From Gammaproteobacteria bacterium (GTDB taxonomy: Bacteria; Pseudomonadota; Gammaproteobacteria; SZUA-229), in NCBI GenBank assembly GCA_029880105.1, contig JAOUPA010000002.1, positions 1 to 39,864 on the forward strand: DNA of 39,864 bases, read 5' to 3'. Positions 18,856 through 27,323 of this stretch are shown piece by piece. Every line of letters starts with the position of its first letter. Position 1 is the stretch's first letter. Made by a program: the position numbers and the translations under genes. A model generated the notes under the pieces. That model was not told where the DNA came from and did no database searches. It saw nothing but the letters and a program-made list of their open reading frames with translations.

Positions 18856-19800
18856 ATGCCGAAATTGTCCGTTGCTGTCGTTGCAGGTGCGCAACTTGCC
18901 GATTATCATTTTGGCGAGCAGCACGTGTTTGGCCCGCATCGACAACAGGCATTTCTTGATGGCATGGACAGGATGGGGCTGGCTACAAAGGTGGTCTGGC
19001 TCGATCCCGTTAGTTGTGATATCCAGAGCCTACAAACTTTTCATGATGACAATCTGATTAATATGGTCAGGCAATATTCGGAATCGGGTATTGGCTTCTT
19101 GGACGGTGGTGACACGCCTGCACGTAAGGGTATTTTTGAGGCGGCAATAACGGTGGTCGGTTCTGTGCTCAATGTCGTTGACGGTATTATGGGTGGACAG
19201 TTCCAGCGCGGTTTTGTACCTATCGCTGGTTTGCACCACGCCTACCGAGAGCGTAGTAGTGGTTTTTGTGTGTTCAACGACTGTGCCATTGCCATTGAGC
19301 ATTTACGTCAAAAACATCATGTGCAGAAGATTTTATATGTTGACATGGATGCGCATCATGGCGATGGTGTGTTCTACAGTTACGAAACGGATAGTCGGCT
19401 GTTTATTGTCGATTTCCACGAGGATGGACGTTATCTCTATCCGGGTAGTGGTGATATCGATGAAACGGGGCTCGGTTCGGCTAGAGGTACAAAGCTGAAT
19501 TTCCCGATGCCGCTTCGGGCAGGTGACAAGGAATTTGCCTAAGCCTGGTCCGAGGCTGAGGTGTTCATGGAAAGAGTTAAACCTGAGTTTATTATTTTTC
19601 AGTGCGGTGCCGATAGCATGCAAGGTGACCCCATTACGGACCTTGAGTATTCAACACTGTCCTACCAGCTTGCCGCAGAACGCCTGTGCCGTATTGCTTA
19701 CAAATATTGTGAAGGTCGAATGATTGCACTCGGTGGCGGTGGTTATAATTTGCAGAATATCTCGTTGGCCTGGTCGACGGTGGTGCGTGCCATGCTGTGA
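18856..19800 (+). pseudogene. AcuC / class I histone-deacetylase-family (acetoin utilisation/deacetylase) gene interrupted by an in-frame TAA at 19540-19542
   Basis: Two track ORFs (18793-19542 and 19561-19800) share one frame and are separated only by ...GDKEFA-TAA-AWSEAEVFMERVKPEFIIFQCGADSMQGDPI... HDAC motifs lie on both sides: AGLHHAY and DMDAHHGDG upstream, GGGGYN downstream. Confidence 0.75.
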
Positions 19801-19885
19801 GTGTGCTGTTGGGGATCGGGTTTTTTCTTTTGGGAGCTCGATTTTTTTTTCGAAAAGATGTAAATTCCATTTTGAATATATACAT

Positions 19886-22234
19886 ATGGAAAATATGGAT
19901 TTACCTGTTATGGCTACCACCCGCAAAACACCTTCTGTTTCTCAATTATTTCGGCATATTTCAGTTTTTGTTCTATTTCTCGTGGTACAGCTTGGCTGTA
20001 CTGTGCTACAGGCGGCGGTCACTGTACCGGTTGAGGTGCAGATGCCAGGTACCCAGCCAGGTGAAGCGGCTCAGGAATCTGTAACCAAATGTTCCAATTG
20101 TCATCATTCAACAACGACGCCGGTGAACATTGTTCAGGACTGGCGGGGTAGTATGATGGCGCATGCTGGTAGAGATCCCATCTACTGGGCAACGGTGGCG
20201 ATTGCTGAGCAAGATTTTGATGGAGCGGGTGATTTGTGTATTCGATGCCACACCATGGGTGGCTGGCTTGCCGGGCATTCGACACCAACGGACGGCTCTG
20301 CATTAAGCAATGCAGAAGCGGCTGAGGGTGTAGGTTGTGATGTCTGTCATAAAATGACTAACCCGGATAATACTGAGCATCTGGGGGTGATGAATGCGCC
20401 GTTTATTGCCAATGATGGCGGCTCACCTGTCGAAGGGCATTATGGCAGTGCTCAGCTCTCCATGTCAGGCAATGCGCCTAAACTAGGGCCATATAGTGTG
20501 CCTGGTGATGCCAACCCAACTCATCAGGCTAATCAATCGCTGTTTCATCGCTCAGTTGATTTCTGTGGTTCGTGTCATGATGTATCTAATCCGGTGGTTG
20601 GTGATCTCGCACCTAATCATGGTGCACAACAACCATTGGCTGTAGGTAAGTATAGTGGTGTTCTAGGTGGCACTGTGGATGGTAAGGCAGCTTTCAATAA
20701 TCCTCCTTACAAATATGGTGTCGTTGAGAGAACCTTCAGCGAGTACAAGGCCAGCGCACTGTCACAAACTTTAGTGTCTGATTACGCTTCGCTGCCAGCT
20801 GATTTGCAGAATGGTGCTATTCAGAAGGCCTACGATGCAGCATTACTTGCTGGTAATGGTGGCAATTATGCAGATGGAACAGCACGTTATTTTAGTTGCC
20901 AGACCTGCCATATGACACCAATACAGGGAATTGGCTGTAACAAGAGTGGTGTGCCGATCCGAAATGATTTACCAATGCATGATCTTACTGGCGGCAATTA
21001 CTGGATACCGGAGGTAATACAGTATATGGATACAAACGGTACATTGCTTCTTGGTACTGGGTTAACAGCCGATGACATTAGCGGTATGAATGCTGGCGTA
21101 TTACGAGCTAAGGCTAATCTTGAAAGTGCCGGCATGCTTTCTGTGTTAGGTAATAATTTAAAAGTTACCAACCTTACCGGTCATAAACTCATCTCGGGTT
21201 ATCCGGAAGGTCGTCGTATGTGGTTAAACGTTGTGTGGAAAGATAGCTTGGGTGCGACTATCCGCGAGGATGGTCAATACGGCGCCATGGCGGTGACATT
21301 TGATGTCAACAATGATGGCCAGGTTAATGCGGCGGATACTGTCAATACACTGTTGAGTCTTGATGATCCCAATACAAAAATCTATGAGGCCCATGGTGCG
21401 ATCACTCAGGACTGGGCGGCCAAACTGATCGCTGTTTCGTCGGCCTATGCAAGCGTTCCGGTTTCATACGACAGGGTAACCGGGTTACCTGCTTACACCG
21501 TGGGTGATGTTGCAGCCCAGGAGCCAGGTACTTATCACGAAACATTCCATTTTGTACTCAATAATAAAGTCGTTAAGGATAATCGTATTCCTCCCTATGG
21601 CATGGCTTATGATGAAGCGCTTAAACGGAGCACACTGCCTGTGCCAGCCACGCAGTATGGTAATCCAACAAGTGGCGGTGTCTTTAATTACTGGGATGAC
21701 TTCCAGCTTAATCCACCCACAGGTGCTGTTAGTGCAGATATAAAACTGATGTATCAACCGACTAGCTGGGAATACATTGAATTTTTATATCTGGCGAACA
21801 CTGGAAGTATTGCCTTCCTGGCTAATGAAGGCGGCAACCTGCTAGATGCATGGCTCAATACTGGAATGGCGGTACCGCATGTTATGGCGAGTACTACCTG
21901 GTCTCCGGATAGTGATAGTGATGGTATAGTCGACTCAGTTGACCCTAACGATGATAACGATGGTTTTTTAGATGTGGATGACAACTGCACCCTCGTTGCT
22001 AATGATGGTCAGCAGGATATTGATGGTGATAATTACGGTAATGCCTGTGATGCTGATTTCAATAATGATGGTATCGTTAATTCACTCGATACTGGCCTGT
22101 TCAAAGTAGATTTCTTTACTACAGGGCCACAGGTTACGGATCTCAATAGTGACAACATCGTTAATTCGCTGGATTTGGGTTTGTTCAAAAAAAGAATGGC
22201 TGCTCCGCCGGGGCCGTCTGGTCTAGTGCCTTAG
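19886..22234 (+). CDS. Secreted pentaheme c-type cytochrome (five CxxCH) with C-terminal thrombospondin type-3 and dockerin-type Ca-binding repeats
   Basis: Start taken at ATG 19886 (MENMDLPV...), because the longer track ORF overlaps the HDAC gene. Hydrophobic signal-like segment ISVFVLFLVVQLGCTVLQAAV. Heme motifs CSNCH, CIRCH, CDVCH, CGSCH and CQTCH. C-terminus DNCTLVANDGQQDIDGDNYGNACD plus DFNNDGIVNSLDTGLF and DLNSDNIVNSLDLGLF. Confidence 0.8.
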   Translation: MENMDLPVMATTRKTPSVSQLFRHISVFVLFLVVQLGCTVLQAAVTVPVEVQMPGTQPGEAAQESVTKCSNCHHSTTTPVNIVQDWRGSMMAHAGRDPIYWATVAIAEQDFDGAGDLCIRCHTMGGWLAGHSTPTDGSALSNAEAAEGVGCDVCHKMTNPDNTEHLGVMNAPFIANDGGSPVEGHYGSAQLSMSGNAPKLGPYSVPGDANPTHQANQSLFHRSVDFCGSCHDVSNPVVGDLAPNHGAQQPLAVGKYSGVLGGTVDGKAAFNNPPYKYGVVERTFSEYKASALSQTLVSDYASLPADLQNGAIQKAYDAALLAGNGGNYADGTARYFSCQTCHMTPIQGIGCNKSGVPIRNDLPMHDLTGGNYWIPEVIQYMDTNGTLLLGTGLTADDISGMNAGVLRAKANLESAGMLSVLGNNLKVTNLTGHKLISGYPEGRRMWLNVVWKDSLGATIREDGQYGAMAVTFDVNNDGQVNAADTVNTLLSLDDPNTKIYEAHGAITQDWAAKLIAVSSAYASVPVSYDRVTGLPAYTVGDVAAQEPGTYHETFHFVLNNKVVKDNRIPPYGMAYDEALKRSTLPVPATQYGNPTSGGVFNYWDDFQLNPPTGAVSADIKLMYQPTSWEYIEFLYLANTGSIAFLANEGGNLLDAWLNTGMAVPHVMASTTWSPDSDSDGIVDSVDPNDDNDGFLDVDDNCTLVANDGQQDIDGDNYGNACDADFNNDGIVNSLDTGLFKVDFFTTGPQVTDLNSDNIVNSLDLGLFKKRMAAPPGPSGLVP

Positions 22235-22251
22235 GGGAAATTATTAAAAAA

Positions 22252-22287
22252 AGAAAAACCAGTTGAGCAAGCTCAACTGGTTTTTTT
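22252..22287. terminator. Bidirectional rho-independent terminator between convergent genes (cytochrome / LysR regulator)
   Basis: An A-run, then ccagttgagc-aa-gctcaactgg (a perfect 10-nt inverted repeat, 22259-22280), then a T7 run. Confidence 0.85.
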
Positions 22288-23152
22288 ATTTATTAACGCT
22301 CAGCAATTCTAGTAGCGCGTTCGCGGGACCCGAACGTGTTCTCGATTTATGAAACACCACACCCAGTTCGCGCTGCATTTTTGCTGTTTTTATATCGATA
22401 ATTTTTAACGAGGCATCCAGCATCGAATCGGGGATCACGCCCCAGCCAAGGCCTGTCTCAACCATGGCCTTGATGGTTTCAAGGTAGTTGGTTTCAATCA
22501 GGATATTTATTCTGTCATCATCAATCTGTAGGGCATGATTAATCAGTGCACGGGTGTAGGTGTCGTGGCTTGGTAGTATCGCGGGCGCCTGTAACAGCTG
22601 TTTGCGGCTGACTTTACCCGAGGCCAATGGATGATCTGCTGCTACGACACAGTGCATTGGGTCGTGCCAGACATGCTGGAGTGTCAGGCGTTCATCCGGC
22701 TGGCTGGGCAGGGTGATGATCCCGAGTTCGATATCGCCGTGCAGTACCTGCTGGCAGGCCTGTTCTGAATCCATGAATTGCAGTTTCAGGTCGACATCGG
22801 GATAGTCTTTGGCAAATTTCCCTAGTACTGCTGGCAGGCGGTGCAGGCCAACGTGGTGGCTGGTGGCAAAGCGTAGATGACCGCGGGTGGTTTCGCGCAG
22901 ATTGCTGATAATGCGTTCACTTTCTTCAATTTCATCAAGAATACGCTGGTACCCCGGGATGAGCGCCTGGCCAGCTTCGGTGAGTTGCACGCTCTTGCCG
23001 ATACGGTCGAACAGCTGGATGTCGAGGAACTGCTCCATGCTCTGAATGCGTTTGCTGACCGCAGGTTGGGTGAGGTGCAGGGACTCGGCGGCTCGCGAGA
23101 AGGACTCGGTTTCGCTGACAGCGAGAAAAGCGCGAATGTTCTGGATATCCAT
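22286..23152 (-). CDS. LysR-family transcriptional regulator, divergent from leuC
   Basis: N-terminal wHTH (MDIQNIRAFLAVSETESFSRAAESLHLTQPAVSKRIQSMEQ) followed by a LysR substrate-binding domain. 288 aa. Confidence 0.92.
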   Translation of the reverse strand: MDIQNIRAFLAVSETESFSRAAESLHLTQPAVSKRIQSMEQFLDIQLFDRIGKSVQLTEAGQALIPGYQRILDEIEESERIISNLRETTRGHLRFATSHHVGLHRLPAVLGKFAKDYPDVDLKLQFMDSEQACQQVLHGDIELGIITLPSQPDERLTLQHVWHDPMHCVVAADHPLASGKVSRKQLLQAPAILPSHDTYTRALINHALQIDDDRINILIETNYLETIKAMVETGLGWGVIPDSMLDASLKIIDIKTAKMQRELGVVFHKSRTRSGPANALLELLSVNK

Positions 23153-23164
23153 ACTACTTATTAT

Positions 23165-23179
23165 ATTCCAAAATGGAAT
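23165..23179. promoter_or_regulatory. Candidate LysR-type binding box (T-N11-A dyad) in the LysR/leuC divergent intergenic region
   Basis: ATTCC-AAAAT-GGAAT is a perfect 5-bp dyad containing TTCCAAAATGGAA (T-N11-A). It lies 13 nt from the regulator start and about 99 nt upstream of the leuC ATG. Confidence 0.45.
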
Positions 23180-23270
23180 TGATAATATGAAAATAATGAA
23201 TTTGTGTTATTTGTTATTCAGGCCTATCCTCTACCTCAATTCAGAAAAGTTTAAGAATAAGTGAGAACCA

Positions 23271-24677
23271 ATGATGGCTAAAACTTTATACGACAAATTA
23301 TGGGATATGCACGTAGTGCGTAGCGAAGACGATGGTACGGCTTTGTTATACATCGACCGCCATCTGGTGCACGAGGTAACTTCACCGCAGGCCTTTGAAG
23401 GACTGCGTATGGCAGGACGCAAACCGTGGCGTACGGACTCGATCGTTGCTGTACCTGATCATAATGTACCAACGACAGATCGCAGTGCAGGTATCGAAGA
23501 CCCGGTGGCTCGATTGCAGGTGGAGACGCTGGACAAGAACTGTCAGGAGTTTGGCCTGAATGAATTTGTCATGTCCGATATCCGTCAGGGCATCGTACAT
23601 GTGATCGGGCCTGAACAGGGTGCGACCTTGCCGGGTATGACCGTGGTTTGTGGCGATTCGCATACCTCGACGCACGGTGCCTTTGGTGCGTTGGCCTTTG
23701 GTATCGGTACTTCCGAAGTTGAGCATGTTTTAGCGACGCAGTGTCTGTTGCAGAAGAAAAGCAAAAACATGCTGGTCAGTGTTGATGGCAATGTGGCCGA
23801 TGGCGTGACGGCAAAAGATATTGTGCTGGCGATTATTGGTAAGCTGGGTACAGCCGGTGGTACTGGTTACGCGATTGAGTTTGGTGGCGATGCTATTCGT
23901 ACACTCAGCATGGAAGGTCGTATGACGGTCTGTAATATGGCTATCGAGGCAGGTGCGCGTGCGGGAATGGTGGCGGTTGATTTAACCACTATCGAATACG
24001 TAAAAAATCGCCCGTATTCACCCAAAGCGGAGACTTGGGATCAGGCAATTGCAGAATGGCAGGAGCTACATTCAGATGCCGATGCAAAATTTGACAGGGA
24101 AATTCACATCGATGCCACCTCGATAAGGCCGCAGGTGACCTGGGGGACTTCACCAGAAATGGTGATTGCGATTGATGACGTCATTCCCGACCCTAACAAA
24201 GAAAGCGACAGCGTGAAAGCCGATGGTATGCGCAAGGCGTTAGCCTATATGGATTTGCAGGCAGGTACGCCGATCAAGGATATTGCGATTGATAAAGTCT
24301 TTATCGGATCGTGTACCAATTCACGTATCGAGGACTTGCGCGATGCGGCGAGGGTTGCTCAGGGTAAAAAGGTAGCGTCGAATGTGAAGCAGGCACTGGT
24401 GGTGCCGGGTTCGGGACTGGTGAAAAGACAGGCCGAAGAAGAAGGCTTGGATCGAATTTTTATCCAGGCAGGTTTTGAATGGCGCGAGCCGGGTTGTTCG
24501 ATGTGCCTGGCAATGAATGCCGATAGACTGGAACCGGGTGAGCGTTGCGCTTCAACATCGAACAGGAACTTTGAAGGTCGTCAGGGTGCGGGTGGTCGTA
24601 CTCATCTGGTCAGTCCTGCAATGGCAGCAGCGGCAGCGATAGCGGGTCATTTTGCTGGTGTGAATGAGGTTAAGTGA
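23271..24677 (+). CDS. leuC: 3-isopropylmalate dehydratase large subunit
   Basis: [16 protein letters not shown]...[22 protein letters not shown]...[24 protein letters not shown]...[11 protein letters not shown]...NRNFEGRQG. The start could be the second ATG, at 23274. Confidence 0.96.
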   Translation: MMAKTLYDKLWDMHVVRSEDDGTALLYIDRHLVHEVTSPQAFEGLRMAGRKPWRTDSIVAVPDHNVPTTDRSAGIEDPVARLQVETLDKNCQEFGLNEFVMSDIRQGIVHVIGPEQGATLPGMTVVCGDSHTSTHGAFGALAFGIGTSEVEHVLATQCLLQKKSKNMLVSVDGNVADGVTAKDIVLAIIGKLGTAGGTGYAIEFGGDAIRTLSMEGRMTVCNMAIEAGARAGMVAVDLTTIEYVKNRPYSPKAETWDQAIAEWQELHSDADAKFDREIHIDATSIRPQVTWGTSPEMVIAIDDVIPDPNKESDSVKADGMRKALAYMDLQAGTPIKDIAIDKVFIGSCTNSRIEDLRDAARVAQGKKVASNVKQALVVPGSGLVKRQAEEEGLDRIFIQAGFEWREPGCSMCLAMNADRLEPGERCASTSNRNFEGRQGAGGRTHLVSPAMAAAAAIAGHFAGVNEVK

Positions 24678-24874
24678 AAACCATGAAATTACTGTCAGGT
24701 CTTTTTTTATTTTCATTGCTGCTAGCCGGATGCAATTTCAAAGAAGCGGTAAAAGAAACCGGTGAAGGTATTGAGAAAGGCGCTAATAATCTCATCGAGG
24801 GTGTTAAGCAGGCGCCCAAAGCTATCGGTGACGCAGCCCGTAAAATAGGTGAACAAGGTAAAGAGGAAGAATGA
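24674..24874 (+). CDS. Small lipoprotein (63-66 aa), entericidin-like in flavour, embedded between leuC and leuD
   Basis: Signal peptide plus lipobox ([16 protein letters not shown]), then a Gly/Lys/Glu-rich soluble tail. GTG 24674 overlaps the leuC stop (GTGA), with an alternative ATG at 24683. Its TGA overlaps the leuD ATG (ATGA). Confidence 0.6.
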   Translation: MKTMKLLSGLFLFSLLLAGCNFKEAVKETGEGIEKGANNLIEGVKQAPKAIGDAARKIGEQGKEEE

Positions 24875-25509
24875 TGAAACCGTTTACACAACACAAAGGT
24901 ATTGTTGCACCGATGGATCGACCGAATGTCGATACCGATGCGATTATTCCAAAACAGTTTTTGAAATCGATCAAGCGTTCGGGTTTTGGTCCTAATGCAT
25001 TTGATGATTGGCGCTACCTTGATACGGGTGGCCCGGATATTGATAACGACAGTCGTCGTGTGAACCCTGATTTCGTCCTGAATAAAGCGCCATTTGATAA
25101 AGCTACTATTCTGGTAGCCAGGGAAAACTTTGGTTGTGGCTCATCGCGTGAACACGCGGTCTGGGCCCTGGATGATTTTGGTTTTCGTACAGTACTGGCA
25201 CCGAGTTTTGCCGATATCTTTTTTAATAACAGTTTCAAGAATGGCCTGTTGCCGATTGTGCTTGATGCTGAGACTATTGATTCAATTTTTAAAGCCATCG
25301 AGAAAAAGCCCGGCTTTGAGCTGGCGATTGATCTGGAATCGCAGACAGTCAATATGGAAGGCCATGAACCGATATGTTTTGAAGTCGACGAATTTAGAAA
25401 ATATTGCCTGTTGCATGGTCTCGATGATATTGGCCTGACCTTGCAGCACGCAGACGACATTAAGGCCTATGAACATAAACGAAGCCAGCAGGCGCCGTGG
25501 TTGTTTTAG
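24871..25509 (+). CDS. leuD: 3-isopropylmalate dehydratase small subunit
   Basis: [40 protein letters not shown]...[39 protein letters not shown]. Confidence 0.96.
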   Translation: MMKPFTQHKGIVAPMDRPNVDTDAIIPKQFLKSIKRSGFGPNAFDDWRYLDTGGPDIDNDSRRVNPDFVLNKAPFDKATILVARENFGCGSSREHAVWALDDFGFRTVLAPSFADIFFNNSFKNGLLPIVLDAETIDSIFKAIEKKPGFELAIDLESQTVNMEGHEPICFEVDEFRKYCLLHGLDDIGLTLQHADDIKAYEHKRSQQAPWLF

Positions 25510-25522
25510 CAGGTTAGGGTAG

Positions 25523-26116
25523 ATGTTTAACTGGAAAAATTTTTTGTTGTTAATGCTGGTTGCTGGTTTTATTGCGGCGTGCAATTCAAGTAAGAATATT
25601 TCTGTGCCGGTTGAGCCTCAGTCTTCTAGTGGCAAAGGTGTGGCTGATAACAATGTGGTTGATAAACGCTCGGTGGTTTATGTTTATCGGCCAGCTAAAG
25701 TGGCTAATATCATGCTGACACCAGATATCAATATCGCCGGTGTTAGTACAATTGCTATGGCGAATGGTATGTATAAAAAGGTTTACCTGCCGCCAGGCAT
25801 TTATGCGGTAAGGCTTCAGCCGATAGAAGGCAGTACCGAAGCATTTGAGTATGATCTGGAAGTGGACAAGGGCAAAGTTCATTATTTGCGCGTTGATGCC
25901 TTGATTAGTCTCAATGCCGGGCAGCAGGGCTACCAGCCTTATCAGCGAAGGTTTGAGTTGGTGGATGTGCCTGCCAGACAGGCGATAAAGGAAATAGCCG
26001 ATTGTAAAGATCTGGATACTGTGGAAAAGAAAAAATCAGCCATTAATTCTGGGAGAGAAAATGCAGATAACGGCGGTTTTTCAGTCGATAAGACGCAGAA
26101 TCCATTTTCTCATTAG
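25523..26116 (+). CDS. DUF2846-like lipoprotein
   Basis: Lipobox LVAGFIAAC-N. The VVYVYRP...G.Y pattern and a predicted beta-rich body are typical of DUF2846. Confidence 0.6.
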   Translation: MFNWKNFLLLMLVAGFIAACNSSKNISVPVEPQSSSGKGVADNNVVDKRSVVYVYRPAKVANIMLTPDINIAGVSTIAMANGMYKKVYLPPGIYAVRLQPIEGSTEAFEYDLEVDKGKVHYLRVDALISLNAGQQGYQPYQRRFELVDVPARQAIKEIADCKDLDTVEKKKSAINSGRENADNGGFSVDKTQNPFSH

Positions 26117-26217
26117 AATGCTGCGATAATCGATGCGTAACAGACATTTAATGGTTAATCACCTATAATTCACTGCCCTTCAGGTTAGGGCATTTATACA
26201 GAAAACGTTGGATAGTT

Positions 26218-27291
26218 ATGAGTAAAAAAATTGCAATTTTGCCGGGTGACGGTATCGGTGTTGAGATTGTTGCTGAGGCAGTAAAAGTGCTTGAGCACCT
26301 AAAGGGTGATGGTCTTGACCTTGAGCTGGTTGAGGCTCCTGTGGGTGGTGCTGGTTATGATGCCGCAGGCAAACCCCTGCCGGATGAAACGCTGGCTCTG
26401 GTCAAAGAAGCGGATTCGATTTTGCTTGGCGCTGTAGGTGGTCCGCAGTATGAAAAGCTACCACGTGAATTACGCCCGGAACGTGGCTTGTTGGGCCTGC
26501 GTTCCGAGCTGGGGCTGTTTGCCAATTTACGTCCAGCGATTCTGTACCCCCAGTTGGCAGATGCGTCTTCGCTGAAGCCCGAGGTGGTCGCTGGGCTGGA
26601 TATTATGATTGTACGCGAGCTAACCGGAGGTATTTATTTTGGCGAGCCGCGTGGTATTCGTGAAAAAGCCAATGGTGAACGCGAAGGTTTTAATACTTTG
26701 GTCTATAGTGAGTCGGAAGTAGACCGCATTGCGCGTGTTGCTTTTGATATCGCCATGAAGCGTGGCAAGCGACTGTGCTCTGTTGATAAGGCTAATGTGC
26801 TTGAGGTCTCAGAGCTGTGGCGCGAAGTCGTCGAGAGAGTTGGCGAAGAATATCAGGGCGTTGAACTCAGTCATATGTATGTTGATAACGCGGCGATGCA
26901 GCTGGTGAAATGGCCAAAGCAGTTTGATGTTATGGTGACCAAAAATATGTTTGGTGACATTCTATCTGATGCGGCGGCGATGCTAACCGGTTCCATTGGT
27001 ATGCTGCCTTCGGCTTCACTGGATGCTAACAGTAAAGGTATGTATGAACCGATTCATGGTTCGGCGCCAGATATCGCAGGTAAGGGTATCGCTAATCCCC
27101 TGGCGACGATTTTATCGGTTGCGATGATGTTACGTTACAGTCTGGATGAGCCGGTACTGGCCGATAAGATCGATACCGCTGTCGGTCGTGTACTTGATAA
27201 AGGCCTGCGTACGCCAGATATTATGTCGGCAGGTTGTAAACAGATTGGTACTGTGGAAATGGGTGATGCGGTTATGGCAGAACTGGTTTAA
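26218..27291 (+). CDS. leuB: 3-isopropylmalate dehydrogenase
   Basis: [18 protein letters not shown]...LLGAVGGPQ...NLRPA...[11 protein letters not shown]...NMFGDILSD...[11 protein letters not shown]...[12 protein letters not shown]. Confidence 0.96.
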   Translation: MSKKIAILPGDGIGVEIVAEAVKVLEHLKGDGLDLELVEAPVGGAGYDAAGKPLPDETLALVKEADSILLGAVGGPQYEKLPRELRPERGLLGLRSELGLFANLRPAILYPQLADASSLKPEVVAGLDIMIVRELTGGIYFGEPRGIREKANGEREGFNTLVYSESEVDRIARVAFDIAMKRGKRLCSVDKANVLEVSELWREVVERVGEEYQGVELSHMYVDNAAMQLVKWPKQFDVMVTKNMFGDILSDAAAMLTGSIGMLPSASLDANSKGMYEPIHGSAPDIAGKGIANPLATILSVAMMLRYSLDEPVLADKIDTAVGRVLDKGLRTPDIMSAGCKQIGTVEMGDAVMAELV

Positions 27292-27323
27292 TTTTTAGAA
27301 TTTAGTTTTTTGGAAAAAAGATA

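Noticed and set aside
19540-19542. Recoded stop (selenocysteine or pyrrolysine) as the explanation for the in-frame stop in the HDAC-family gene
   Set aside because: The codon is TAA, not TGA or TAG. No SECIS- or PYLIS-like context was noticed, and the family is not known to use recoded residues.
19724-19885. 54-codon upstream extension of the cytochrome ORF (MHSVAVVIICRISRW...)
   Set aside because: It overlaps the 3' end of the HDAC-family gene in another frame and is Cys/Arg-rich nonsense. The signal-like sequence begins after ATG 19886.
23187-23264. 25-codon uORF (MKIMNLCYLLFRPILYLNSEKFKNK) with 5 Leu codons, ending 6 nt before leuC; considered as a leucine leader peptide
   Set aside because: The Leu codons are not consecutive, and there is no room for a terminator/antiterminator before leuC. 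The ATG sits 8 nt from the putative LysR box, so it probably lies upstream of or within the promoter. Such an ORF is easily produced by chance in AT-rich DNA.
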